Notes: generated by a model not told the origin, from the sequence alone. 64,000 nt of DNA from Planctomycetota bacterium (GCA_029552545.1 JAKPDO010000025.1:43610-107609); one strand, 5' to 3'. Positions 51,538 to 60,784 are shown, counted from the stretch's first letter. Numbers and translations: made by a program.

Positions 51538-52290
51538 ATGGCAGGACATTCACACTGGGCAGGCATCAAGCATAAGAAGGCGGCCAATGACGCCAAACGC
51601 GGCAAACTCTGGAGCAAAATCGCCCGAATGATTATTGTGGCGGCCAAGAACGGCGGGGGCGACCCGGAGGCCAATCTGCCTCTTCGATACGCCATCGATA
51701 AAGCCAAAGCGGCCAATATGCCGAAAGATACGATTGAAAAGGCCATCAAAAAGGGCACGGGTGAGCTGGGCGGAGTGCATTACGAAGAAGTGCTGTATGA
51801 GGGCTATGCACCCGGCGGGGTGGCGGTGATGATTGAGGGACTGACAGACAACCGCAATCGGACGGCTCCTGAAATCAAGAAAATATTCGAAAGGCGGGGC
51901 GGTTCGCTGGGGGCCAGCGGCTGTGTAAGCTGGATGTTCTCGAAAAAAGGGTTAATTACCGTCGATACTTCCGCTATCGGAGAAGATGAACTTCTGGAAC
52001 TGGCCTTGTCAGCGGGGGCGGAGGATTTGCAGAACACCGGACGATTGTATGAAATCACCTGCCCGCCGGCTGCTTTTGAGTCTTTGAAGAAGGCTCTTCA
52101 GACGCGGAATATCCCGCTGTCTTCTGCAGAAATTGCTATGGTGCCCCAAACCCATGTGCAGGTGACGGATGAGGAGACAGCCCGAAAAATCCTCGGCCTG
52201 ATGGAGGATATTGAAGACCACGATGATGTGCAGAATGTCTATGCCAATTTTGACATTCCGGACAGCATCCTGGCTCGGATTGAATCATAG
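51538..52290 (+). CDS. yebC: YebC/PmpR-family DNA-binding transcriptional regulator
   Basis: MAGHSHWAGIKHKKAANDAKRGKLWSK...YEGYAPGGVAV. Confidence 0.9.
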   Translation: MAGHSHWAGIKHKKAANDAKRGKLWSKIARMIIVAAKNGGGDPEANLPLRYAIDKAKAANMPKDTIEKAIKKGTGELGGVHYEEVLYEGYAPGGVAVMIEGLTDNRNRTAPEIKKIFERRGGSLGASGCVSWMFSKKGLITVDTSAIGEDELLELALSAGAEDLQNTGRLYEITCPPAAFESLKKALQTRNIPLSSAEIAMVPQTHVQVTDEETARKILGLMEDIEDHDDVQNVYANFDIPDSILARIES

Positions 52291-52301
52291 AGCTGAATGA
52301 T

Positions 52302-54617
52302 TTACGGGGAGGGCGGCTGAGTTTCCGGTGCGGGACGGTTTTCTGTTTTTGATTGAACAAATGCTTTTGCATAGTGATATCGGCTTTCCCCCAGCCGGCT
52401 GAATACCGGATAATCCGGATACATTTCCTGAAACTGTTTCCGGTAGTCCTCTTCAATTTTTACCGCCAGAGCGTACCAGCCGACGGCCTCTTCCGCCTGT
52501 CCATTTTGTTCGGAGAGCATTCCAAGTTTGTAGGCCAAACGGTCGCACCCGGGAAAATGCTCCCAGGCCTGCAGGGTCCAGTGATAACTTTTTTGACGGA
52601 ATTGTTTTTGAAGGTCTTCCGACTTTTCGGATTCGGCACGCAGAATAAACAAGTCTCCTATCGCCTCCATCAGACGGTAGTCGTGCGGATTGCGGGGGAG
52701 GGCACGGAGAAAAGCCCTTTCGGCTTTTTCGAGAAACATTTGCCTGTCGATAATTCTGGTTTCCGCCTGCTGGAGAAGGATTTGCCCCTGATACCATGCG
52801 GGCTGTGGAGAAAGCGGGTCTTTTTCCTCGGCCTTCTGCAGCAGATGGATGCTTTCAGAGGGATTTCGAAAAGCTTCTTGGATGAGTAAGCCCGCCCGGA
52901 AAGGAAGGAGCATCCCCCAATAGAACGAAACGGCAAAAGCGCCGGACAGAAGGGTGAGAACAGTCCATCGCCGAAGGGGATTCTTGAAAGGAAATGGACG
53001 GGAAGGGACTGTAAAAGCCCAGACGGCGGCCAAACAGAGCATCAAAGCGGTCAAAACGGCCGTTTCGAAAACAGCGAAATCAATTAAATTGTGAATGAGA
53101 ACGGACAAGATGCCCCATCCGAGTGCGGGCAGAAGGGCCCGTCGCAGGAGCAGCTGATCGGTCGGTACGCGTCCGGCCAGAATCAAAAGTCCGAAAGTCA
53201 GAAGCATGACCCCGGCCGGAGCCAGATAAAACACCAGATAATAGGCCCCGCGAATGAACGGGTCTGTTTCCGCATCGGTTTGTTCGGCGACCCAGGGCCG
53301 TACTATCAGAAGCATCACGGCGGAAAAGGCCAGAAGAAAGAGCCCTGTAGGCAGAGAAGGCCCCTTTGTTGTCTGGGGTTCGCAAGAAGGACGGTCCGAC
53401 CGGAGGGTTGTCCACAGCGGCAGGAGCAGGACGGCTGTAAAAATCAGGGCTGCCGGAATGCCGTATTGAGCGGCCAGCGACAGAAAGAAATTATGCGGGT
53501 CACGGATGAGTTCAGGAGCTGCCGGGATTTTATACAGCGGATACCAGATTGTGAAGTTGCCGCCGCCGACCCCTCGCAGCGGATGTTCCGCAATCATCTG
53601 AAGGGTGCTGACCCAGTACTGCCAGCGGACCAGCATGGCATTGGGACCCGGCAGTCGGCCGTGCCGGATTCCATATAGAATGGCTGAAAGAACGGCTGCG
53701 GCTGCACAAAACAGTCCGACGACAACCAGTTTTTTTCGATGAGGCCAAATCCGCTTGCCCTGCCAAACACAGAGAATCCAGCCGAAAAGGCAGATGAGAC
53801 CTGCTGTGATTGCTCCTCGGCTTCTGCATAGGAACAGACCGTAGGCAAGAAGGAGGATGACCGGCAGGTAGAGAAGAATCTGAACGAGTCGTCCCTGAGA
53901 AGGGGGCTGGTCCCATGCATACGTCAGGAGCCCCAGACCGCCGAATATGCACAGCAGCAGAAAAGAACCGGTTGAATTGCTTGTGGTCAGAAACCCCCGG
54001 ACATCTTTGGAACGGAGCCGATGTTCAAACTGCCATTGTTTGAGAGTACCCGGCTCGATTCCCAGTTCCTCCAAAACCTTCTGCGGATTTTGCTCATAAT
54101 TGCGCAGGACGGCTTCGTTGTCGGTCATGGCCTGTTCCCGACACTGATAAACGGCAGCGATTCCGAGAGCGGTCAAGACCCACAGGAAAAGGAGAATGCG
54201 GTCGGTTTTTCGGAATAATTCGGAGGCCGTCGGAAGAATCAGCAGCGGTGCGGCCAACGTTGTCAGTTCCGTCAATGCATCGCGTTTGTTCGAAGCGGCG
54301 AAAACGGAAAACAGCCCCAGCAGAATGAAAAGTGTTGCTCCGAATGTAAGCAGGCCGCTGATTTGGCGGTCGGGAGGACGGAGGAGCTGAGCGGCCTGAT
54401 GCACGAAAAAGACGAGGAGCAGAAGGAACGAAATCAGCAGACTGTTTACCGGCCCGGGGAGCAGAAGCGAAGGGGTAACGGGAGCGGAATAATACGTCAC
54501 TTCGATAAAAACGGAACGAAGAACCAATACTCCCAAAATCAGAATCAGAGCCGTATTTTCTCCTAAAGTCGAAAAAATCGAAGATTTCACTTTTGCAGAA
54601 AGAGACGCTTTCTTCAT
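52302..54617 (-). CDS. O-antigen ligase (Wzy_C) family polytopic membrane protein with C-terminal TPR repeats
   Basis: The internal ATG 54617 (MKKASLSAKV..) overlaps the upstream stop (ATGA at 54614-54617); the 49 upstream ORF-track codons were rejected. It has at least 10 TM helices, a periplasmic loop (HPLRGVGGGNF) and TPR-like helices at the end. Confidence 0.75.
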   Translation of the reverse strand: MKKASLSAKVKSSIFSTLGENTALILILGVLVLRSVFIEVTYYSAPVTPSLLLPGPVNSLLISFLLLLVFFVHQAAQLLRPPDRQISGLLTFGATLFILLGLFSVFAASNKRDALTELTTLAAPLLILPTASELFRKTDRILLFLWVLTALGIAAVYQCREQAMTDNEAVLRNYEQNPQKVLEELGIEPGTLKQWQFEHRLRSKDVRGFLTTSNSTGSFLLLCIFGGLGLLTYAWDQPPSQGRLVQILLYLPVILLLAYGLFLCRSRGAITAGLICLFGWILCVWQGKRIWPHRKKLVVVGLFCAAAAVLSAILYGIRHGRLPGPNAMLVRWQYWVSTLQMIAEHPLRGVGGGNFTIWYPLYKIPAAPELIRDPHNFFLSLAAQYGIPAALIFTAVLLLPLWTTLRSDRPSCEPQTTKGPSLPTGLFLLAFSAVMLLIVRPWVAEQTDAETDPFIRGAYYLVFYLAPAGVMLLTFGLLILAGRVPTDQLLLRRALLPALGWGILSVLIHNLIDFAVFETAVLTALMLCLAAVWAFTVPSRPFPFKNPLRRWTVLTLLSGAFAVSFYWGMLLPFRAGLLIQEAFRNPSESIHLLQKAEEKDPLSPQPAWYQGQILLQQAETRIIDRQMFLEKAERAFLRALPRNPHDYRLMEAIGDLFILRAESEKSEDLQKQFRQKSYHWTLQAWEHFPGCDRLAYKLGMLSEQNGQAEEAVGWYALAVKIEEDYRKQFQEMYPDYPVFSRLGESRYHYAKAFVQSKTENRPAPETQPPSP

Positions 54618-55729
54618 TTTCTTTCTCTGAAGGAATTCGCGTTCATCTGTCCGCTGCTTTCGAGAACAGCAATGACTCCGAGCACCATCAGGGTCTGAAG
54701 AAAAATCAAAACAGCTCCTATCCAGTCTGTTTTCTGCAGGACAACGGCTCCGGCGGATGTGCACAGGGTTGCCAGATAAAGCGTCAAAGCCACCTGTCTG
54801 TCGGACAGTCCCCGCCGGCGGAGCCGATGAGAAAAATGCTGTGTATCCCCTATCAGAGGGCTTTTGCCCTGACGGAGGCGGAGAAAAACGACACTGGCAA
54901 AATCATACAAAGGGACAGCCATAACAACCAGCGGCATAAAAACGGCGCTGAGGGACAATTCGAGGGCCGGATTATAATAGGTTGTTCGTAAAGTGAGAAC
55001 GGCTACGAAAAAGCCGATAACCAGCGAACCGGCATCTCCCATAAAGATTGTTGCGGGAGGGAAGTTGAAGACCAGGAATCCGAGCAGACTTCCCAACAGG
55101 AGAACGGCCAATCCTCCGATAAAGACCTGCCCGCTTCGGACGGCCGCAGTCAGCAGAACGGCTGCTGTAATAGCTGCGATACCCGCGGAAACGCCGTCCA
55201 TATTATCCAGAAAGTTGAAGGCATTAATCAAAATGACCATCCACAGTACAGACAGAACAATCGTAATCAGTCGATTTTGGATGAAGAATTCCAGGCGTAT
55301 ATCCGCCAGGGTTGCGGCCGCGGCGGAAACAAGGATTTGCACCGTAAGCTTCGAAAGAGGTCCAAGCCGTTTTTTGTCATCCCACAGCCCCATAATATGC
55401 AAAATAAGCGCACATGCGAGAACGAGCAGCAAATCAACACGTTTGGTCCTGAATCCCTCTATATAAGGAACAAGGGAAGGGAACGACCTGCTGATTTGGG
55501 AAGAGCCGAACTGGATGAATAGGAGAGCGGCCGAGAGCAGGAGCAGCAGAGTGCCGAAAATGGCAATTCCGCCCCCCAAGGCAACGACAGACTGATGATA
55601 GCGGTCTGCCTGCGGGTATGCCGCAAAGCCGATGCGGATTGCCAGCCGCCGGACTACGGCTGTAAGGCCCGCGGACAGACCGAAAGCAAGAATACCTAAA
55701 AGTATTCCAAAAAGCAGAAACAAACTCAT
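54614..55729 (-). CDS. MraY/WecA-family polyprenyl-phosphate N-acetylhexosamine-1-phosphate transferase (glycosyltransferase family 4)
   Basis: Polytopic membrane protein with LWDDKKRLGP, NAFNFLDNMDG and FMGDAGS motifs. Confidence 0.85.
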   Translation of the reverse strand: MSLFLLFGILLGILAFGLSAGLTAVVRRLAIRIGFAAYPQADRYHQSVVALGGGIAIFGTLLLLLSAALLFIQFGSSQISRSFPSLVPYIEGFRTKRVDLLLVLACALILHIMGLWDDKKRLGPLSKLTVQILVSAAAATLADIRLEFFIQNRLITIVLSVLWMVILINAFNFLDNMDGVSAGIAAITAAVLLTAAVRSGQVFIGGLAVLLLGSLLGFLVFNFPPATIFMGDAGSLVIGFFVAVLTLRTTYYNPALELSLSAVFMPLVVMAVPLYDFASVVFLRLRQGKSPLIGDTQHFSHRLRRRGLSDRQVALTLYLATLCTSAGAVVLQKTDWIGAVLIFLQTLMVLGVIAVLESSGQMNANSFRERK

Positions 55730-55873
55730 GGTTCTTGTTCCTTCGCTGTTAAGCCGATAAGATACTTCAAAAAAAGGTTTTCTGTAAGAAAAAATTGTTT
55801 CTTAATTGGGTGTATTTTGGGGTTCTTTTTGTTGGGGTAAAATAGAGCCGTTTTTGTTGAGAAAGGGAGAAAA

Positions 55874-56386
55874 ATGGACGTGATGAAGGCGATTGAAAAT
55901 CGTTATTCCTGCAGGGCTTATCTTTCAAAACCGGTTGAAAAGGAGAAACTGATGCGGATTTTGGAGGCAGCACGGCTGGCTCCGTCCGCCCGCAATCTTC
56001 AGGATTGGCGTTTTGTCGTTGTTACAGAGGAGCAGAAGCGTAGAGAGTTGGCCCAGGCGGCCTATAATCAGGCCTTTGTGGCCCAGGCACCGGTCGTGAT
56101 AGCGGCCTGCTCCATCAGTTCCTATATGATGCGGTGCGGCCAGCCCATTGCACCGATTGATGTCTCTATCGCCCTGGAGCATATAGCACTGGAAGCGGTC
56201 GAATTGGGTCTGGCAACGTGTTGGATTGGTTCATTTCTGCCGCACGAGGTGCGCAGAATTTTGCAAATCCCTACGGATGCTGTACTTGTGGAATTGATGA
56301 CGCTCGGATATCCGGCGGATGAGTGGAAAAGCCCCCAACGGCTTTCGCTGGAGAAAATTGTCTGTTTTGAAAAGTGGGGTTTTTAG
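55874..56386 (+). CDS. nitroreductase-family protein
   Basis: AIENRYSCRAYLSKPVEKEKLMRILEAARLAPSARNLQDWRFVVV. Confidence 0.85.
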   Translation: MDVMKAIENRYSCRAYLSKPVEKEKLMRILEAARLAPSARNLQDWRFVVVTEEQKRRELAQAAYNQAFVAQAPVVIAACSISSYMMRCGQPIAPIDVSIALEHIALEAVELGLATCWIGSFLPHEVRRILQIPTDAVLVELMTLGYPADEWKSPQRLSLEKIVCFEKWGF

Positions 56387-56552
56387 GCATCTCGTTCTAT
56401 TCGGGCCTTTAGTTTTTCTGAAAAGAAATATTTTTTGGGCGTACTATTAGAAATAATTATAGTGTTATGCAAAACTTAAAAAATTCGAAAGGAGATGCCT
56501 CCGTAGCAAGACCAATTTCTGGGGAGATGACAATGAACCGTCCACGCATCTG

Positions 56553-56783
56553 ATGCTGTTTACACCGATGCCGATTGTGATGATGGAGCCGGCCGCCGGC
56601 AGTTATGTTTTTCAGATTTTGAACTTTGCGGATGAACCGCTGATTACGTATTTGCGGCTGCAGCCGACGTGGGTGGATGCCACGCAGCCGACGATTGTTG
56701 TTTCGGGTTTTAGGTTTGAAAGCGGCCTGGGATTCTCAGCCGTTTTTCCACAAATGGTGAATTGGAGGGGAAAAAGCATTTGA
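56553..56783 (+). CDS. hypothetical 76-aa protein (weak call)
   Basis: Just an ORF with no recognisable family and no clear RBS. Confidence 0.25.
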   Translation: MLFTPMPIVMMEPAAGSYVFQILNFADEPLITYLRLQPTWVDATQPTIVVSGFRFESGLGFSAVFPQMVNWRGKSI

Positions 56784-56825
56784 TTTTAAGAATCGCTCTG
56801 GTATAGTGTTAGCAAAGTCGGCAGA

Positions 56826-56896
56826 GGGGCTGTCGTATAATGGGAGTACACCGCGGTCGCATCGCGGGGATGCGGGTTCGATTCCCGCCAGCTCCA
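56826..56896 (+). tRNA. tRNA-Ala (anticodon CGC)
   Basis: Hand-folded cloverleaf. Acceptor GGGGCTG/CAGCTCC with a G3.U70 pair, anticodon loop GTCGCAT, T-arm GCGGG-TTCGATT-CCCGC and discriminator A. The D-arm is short, and no CCA is encoded. Confidence 0.75.
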
Positions 56897-56922
56897 ATCA
56901 CAAGGAAAGGGGAATGGTTTTT

Positions 56923-57348
56923 CTAATCCTTTGATAGGGTCTCGTCAGCAGCTTGTTTCCTATCGGCTTTAGCCGCCAAAGCATCCACGATTTCTTTTTG
57001 ATCCAGCGGGAGAAGCCCTAAGTTCGGCAGTACCACCGAAATTCTTTGTTTGGTTTGAAATGTTGCAGACGGGTTGTTCAGAACGGTCAGCAGCACATCC
57101 TTTATCTGTTTGCTGGTTCCTTTTCGAATCGCGAGCAGATTCACAAGGTATTCCAATTCTTTTTCCGTAAGGTCTTTGCGGTAAGCCAGATTGCGAAGGG
57201 CCTGATTGCGGGTTGGGGCGTCGTTAATCTGGGCGGCCGCGTAAATGGCCGGGATATAAGATCCGGGGGGCTGCGGAACCCGCGCAGCCTGATAATTTGA
57301 ACACCCGCAAATCTCTATCAGCAGCACAAGGAGCAATCTTTTTTTCAT
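56923..57348 (-). CDS. hypothetical lipoprotein (141 aa)
   Basis: Only the last 141 codons of ORF 56923..58713 are used. MKKRLLLVLLIEICGCS is a lipobox signal peptide. The rest of that ORF is the antisense shadow of 57508..58698. Confidence 0.6.
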   Translation of the reverse strand: MKKRLLLVLLIEICGCSNYQAARVPQPPGSYIPAIYAAAQINDAPTRNQALRNLAYRKDLTEKELEYLVNLLAIRKGTSKQIKDVLLTVLNNPSATFQTKQRISVVLPNLGLLPLDQKEIVDALAAKADRKQAADETLSKD

Positions 57349-57507
57349 ATAATCCTCCCTGATTTCAAACAAACCGGTTTGGTTATAGGATAAGTTTAAG
57401 GAAGAAAAGTTCAATGGGAAAAAACTGGCTTTTTCGTTATATGGCGTTATATTTTCGAAAAGACAAAAGCAGAGAAATGGAATCAGGATTACTTTGAAGA
57501 GGTTTTT

Positions 57508-58698
57508 ATGGCGAAGGTGTTGATTATCGGTGCCGGCGGAGTAGGGAACGTCGTCGTAAAAAAATGTGCCCAGGTGCCGCAGGTTTTCAGCGAAATCGTT
57601 CTGGCCAGCCGCACCAAAGCCAAATGCGATAAGATTGCTTCGGAAATCAGCCGTCCGATTGTCACCGAGCAGGTAGATGCGGATGACGCCAAACAGGTGT
57701 CCTCGCTGATTCAAAAGCATCAGCCGAAGCTGGTGATTAACGTAGCGCTGCCGTATCAGGATTTGCCGATTATGGAGGCGTGTCTGGCGACGCGGACCCA
57801 TTATTTGGATACGGCCAACTATGAGCCGAAGGACGAGGCGAAGTTCGAGTACAAATGGCAGTGGGCCTACCATGACCGGTATGCACGGGCGGGCATTATG
57901 GCCCTGCTGGGAAGCGGCTTCGACCCGGGCGTGACGAATGTCTTCTGCGCCTATGCCCAGAAGCATTTCTATGATGAGATTCACTATGTGGATATTGTGG
58001 ACTGCAATGCGGGCGAGCATGGACATCCGTTCGCAACCAATTTCAATCCGGAGATTAATATTCGCGAGATTACCCAGAAGGGCAAATACTGGGAGAACGG
58101 CCGATGGGTTGAGATTGAGCCGATGAGCGTCCGCAAGGATATCGACTATCCGGAGGTTGGGCCGCGGGCATCGTATCTGCTCTACCACGAGGAGCTGGAG
58201 TCGCTGGTCAAGCATATTCGCGGGCTCAAGCGGATTCGATTCTGGATGACCTTCGGCGAGCAGTATTTGACGCATCTGCGGGTGCTGCAGAATGTCGGAA
58301 TGACTCGGATCGACCCGGTGGAGTATGAGGGGCACAAGATTATTCCGCTGCAGTTTCTGAAGGCCGTTTTGCCGGACCCGGGCTCGCTGGGCGTTACATA
58401 CAAGGGCAAGACGTGCATCGGGTGCATCTTCGACGGGGTTAAAGACGGCCGGCGGCGTCAGATGATGATTTACAATGTGTGTGACCACGCGGAATGCTAC
58501 CGCGAAGTCGGCGCGCAGGCGGTGTCCTACACAACCGGTGTGCCCGCTATGATTGGAGCCAAGATGATGCTCGAGGGCAAGTGGAAGGGAGCGGGGGTCT
58601 TTAATATGGAGCAGTTTGACCCCGACCCGTTTATGGAGGATTTGAACCGCTACGGCCTGCCGTGGAAGGTGCTGGACGGCAAGACGCTGGAATGCTGA
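57508..58698 (+). CDS. carboxynorspermidine/carboxyspermidine dehydrogenase (saccharopine dehydrogenase family)
   Basis: MAKVLIIGAGGVGNVVVKKCAQ.. Rossmann start, ..IVLASRTKAKCD.., and about 396 aa in length, which is typical for this enzyme. Confidence 0.8.
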   Translation: MAKVLIIGAGGVGNVVVKKCAQVPQVFSEIVLASRTKAKCDKIASEISRPIVTEQVDADDAKQVSSLIQKHQPKLVINVALPYQDLPIMEACLATRTHYLDTANYEPKDEAKFEYKWQWAYHDRYARAGIMALLGSGFDPGVTNVFCAYAQKHFYDEIHYVDIVDCNAGEHGHPFATNFNPEINIREITQKGKYWENGRWVEIEPMSVRKDIDYPEVGPRASYLLYHEELESLVKHIRGLKRIRFWMTFGEQYLTHLRVLQNVGMTRIDPVEYEGHKIIPLQFLKAVLPDPGSLGVTYKGKTCIGCIFDGVKDGRRRQMMIYNVCDHAECYREVGAQAVSYTTGVPAMIGAKMMLEGKWKGAGVFNMEQFDPDPFMEDLNRYGLPWKVLDGKTLEC

Positions 58699-58798
58699 AA
58701 AAAAAGAAGGCAAAGCAGATTGATATTATCCGGTTCTTGGTTTGCGGTCTATCTTTTCGGTTCAGAGGGGCGGTTTGTTAGCCGATAATACCTAAGGA

Positions 58799-59161
58799 GT
58801 GTATCCGGCCGAATCAGCCGGCTTTCGAATTCAAAAGGAAGGAAAAGGGTTGGAAAAGGAATCGGAAAAACTTCAGTCGATTCAGTCGCAGATTGACGAG
58901 CTGAACAATCTGCTTTCTGAGGTGATTGAACCGGTACCGCCGCCGTCGCCGCGGCTGGAACGGCTGGGGATATTGCTGCTGAAGCTGCAGGACGGTGTGT
59001 TGGAGGACCGTTTTGTGCGCCGGCTGGAAAAATGGCTGAAGGCCGACCCGGAGGCGATGGACTATTATCTAGACTTTATGATGCTTGCGGCCCTGCTTCG
59101 ACTGCATTTTCATCCGGAGGGCCTGCCCAGTCCGGCCGCCGCAGCCGCAAAACCTTCCTGA
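58799..59161 (+). CDS. orphan anti-sigma-factor N-terminal-like fragment (no TM or sensor domain)
   Basis: LERLGILLLKLQDGVLEDRFVRRLEKWLKADPEAMDYYLDFMMLAALLRL parallels the N-terminus of the FecR protein at 31246..32961 (LFTLLGALRDEAITREEFEELSSLLKNYPQAQELYIDYVYLCTDL). The start codon is uncertain (GTG). Confidence 0.4.
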   Translation: MYPAESAGFRIQKEGKGLEKESEKLQSIQSQIDELNNLLSEVIEPVPPPSPRLERLGILLLKLQDGVLEDRFVRRLEKWLKADPEAMDYYLDFMMLAALLRLHFHPEGLPSPAAAAAKPS

Positions 59162-59464
59162 ATACATACCCTATATCATCAAACCATTTGTTGACACTCT
59201 TTGTTGGCACTCTGCCCGGTGGTGAAGAAAAGTTTAAATTTTTGGTTTTTTCTTGACGGATTCGGACGGGGGCGGGGTAATTATAATCGCAAACTTCGAG
59301 AGTACGCACCAAAGCGGTCGGTCGTAAACAATTAGGCAGGAGAAAATCAGGGCCAGGGCAGACGGATAAGGAGTCCTTATATTGGAAGAATTCCCTTTTC
59401 TTGCACCCACGGGGACGGAGTCTATCCTGAAAAGGGAGGTTTTGCGGAAATCCGGCGGAAAATA

Positions 59465-60286
59465 ATGTCCGGTTCAGTTTTTGCACAACAGGCGAGCGGA
59501 GTTGGATTGTGCAAAGTTATGCAGATGCTCCGTACGGGTCGAGGGGGTTCAGATTGCCGATTTTCAATTTTCAATTTTCGATTGGGCCGGCGGTGGGACA
59601 GTACAGCACAGCTGTATTATTCCCGGATGCGTGATTATTCGCCGCAGCTGGGCCGTTTTCTCCAGCCCGACCCGGCGGGGTACATCGATAGGATGAATCT
59701 GTATGCCTATGTAGGCAACAACCCGCTTAATTGGCTCGACCCATGGGGGCTTTTGCAGACAGAAAAGTATATGAGCCGTCGGGATAAAGCGGTTAGGACG
59801 GCAGCAAGGGTTGTTAATGCGATGATACCTCCCGAGAAATACACCACAGGAATCCAGAATATTTGTCGGGGAGTCTCGTACCTAACCAGTGGAGCCGCGG
59901 CTGTTATAGGTTCAGGAGGGACTGTTATTCCACTCATTGGCGCTTCGGCGGTGTCCGGAGGTATAATATCTGTTGGAGCAGGCAGTGCCCAGGTTATCAT
60001 TGCTGGTGTCAATCCTGCCAAACTCAGCGCTGCGAATCGTATTCCTGCGTCTTATGCTGAAGCAGTAGGTCTTGCTGTAGGAAGAATAGCAGGCACCCCA
60101 GACGCCGGACAAAAAATCGGGACAATCGTCAATTCTGCAGTGGGAATGGGGCAAGCAGTTTATGGGCTTAGCCAAGCCCAAACGGGACTCGAAATAGTGG
60201 AGGGTTCAATCTCGGCGGTATCCGCACTGCAGTCTGCAGGAGAAGCAGTTGCCGACATCGCAGAAACAAAAAACAGCAGCCGCTGA
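59465..60286 (+). CDS. orphan Rhs-family core-end + C-terminal toxin domain (glycine-zipper rich)
   Basis: FRLGRRWDSTAQLYYSRMRDYSPQLGRFLQPDPAGYIDRMNLYAYVGNNPLNWLDPWGL is the conserved end of the Rhs/YD shell. It is followed by a 180-aa variable CT rich in G-x-x-x-G/A runs (GAAAVIGSGGTVIPLIGASAVSGGIISVGAGSAQVIIAG). No YD-repeat shell lies upstream. Confidence 0.75.
   Translation: MSGSVFAQQASGVGLCKVMQMLRTGRGGSDCRFSIFNFRLGRRWDSTAQLYYSRMRDYSPQLGRFLQPDPAGYIDRMNLYAYVGNNPLNWLDPWGLLQTEKYMSRRDKAVRTAARVVNAMIPPEKYTTGIQNICRGVSYLTSGAAAVIGSGGTVIPLIGASAVSGGIISVGAGSAQVIIAGVNPAKLSAANRIPASYAEAVGLAVGRIAGTPDAGQKIGTIVNSAVGMGQAVYGLSQAQTGLEIVEGSISAVSALQSAGEAVADIAETKNSSR
59660..59749 (+). repeat. Rhs core-end repeat, copy 1
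   Basis: A 90-nt segment about 91% identical by eye (about 8 mismatches) to 61183..61272. It encodes LQPDPAGYIDRMNLYAYVGNNPLNWLDPWG. Confidence 0.8.
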
Positions 60287-60303
60287 ACTCTGAGGAAAAG
60301 GGG

Positions 60304-60522
60304 ATGTTCAGTTTTTGGCGGTTGTTGGCAAAACCGAAAAACGGAGATGTAAAAATGGTTATCGATCTTGATTCTGTGCTTATGGTGAACAATGCATTTA
60401 TGTTCGTTCTTGGTTTGACGGCATTCGTATATGGGTTGTTTGTGAAAAATAGAGTTGCGATTGTCGTCGGTCTTGTGCTTTTTTTGGGAAATCTTATCCT
60501 GTTCATTCAGGATTTATGGTGA
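60304..60522 (+). CDS. small two-TM membrane protein, candidate immunity protein
   Basis: Starts 17 nt after the toxin stop, with RBS AGGAAAAGGGG. Sequence ..NNAFMFVLGLTAFVYGLFV..VAIVVGLVLFLGNLILFI. Confidence 0.5.
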   Translation: MFSFWRLLAKPKNGDVKMVIDLDSVLMVNNAFMFVLGLTAFVYGLFVKNRVAIVVGLVLFLGNLILFIQDLW

Positions 60523-60566
60523 ATCAGAATTCTTCTTCGGGATCGTTTTAGGGAAACTGCCGTAAA

Positions 60567-60740
60567 ATGAGCAACACAGAGAAGAAGCCCCGTCCGATGT
60601 GGTTGAAGGTGTGGATTTATGTTTCGCCTCTTTTGGGATTTATTGGTTATTTGATTATAGCAAGGGCATTTTTTCAGGAATTGGATTGGAAAACGAGATT
60701 CATTATTGGTCTTTGTCCGACCCTGCTCGGCTATGCGTAA
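60567..60740 (+). CDS. small membrane protein (57 aa), not in ORF track
   Basis: ATG 60567 to TAA 60738-60740: MSNTEKKPRPMWLKVWIYVSPLLGFIGYLIIARAFFQELDWKTRFIIGLCPTLLGYA. This is preferred over the overlapping GTG ORF 60599..60781. Confidence 0.35.
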   Translation: MSNTEKKPRPMWLKVWIYVSPLLGFIGYLIIARAFFQELDWKTRFIIGLCPTLLGYA

Positions 60741-60784
60741 TTGTTTTTGGGGGTAGTTTTTCCGCCTCGAAGGGATGTTGATTC

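Noticed and set aside
56826-56896. Possible tmRNA 3' tRNA-like domain, suggested by G3.U70 and GGTTCGATTCCCGCCAGCTCCA.
   Set aside because: The segment folds into a complete 71-nt cloverleaf with a proper anticodon arm (CGC). There is no upstream tag reading frame or pseudoknot region, so it is called tRNA-Ala.
57349-58713. The upstream 455 codons of minus-strand ORF 56923..58713.
   Set aside because: This part is antisense to the carboxynorspermidine dehydrogenase gene. Only the last 141 codons, which begin with a lipoprotein signal peptide, look real.
59229-59290. A TTGACG ... TATAAT pair upstream of the Rhs fragment as a promoter.
   Set aside because: The spacer is about 23 nt, too long for a sigma70-type promoter.
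60599-60781. The ORF-track 60-aa GTG ORF.
   Set aside because: It overlaps a better candidate in another frame (ATG 60567..60740, a two-TM peptide) and has no RBS.
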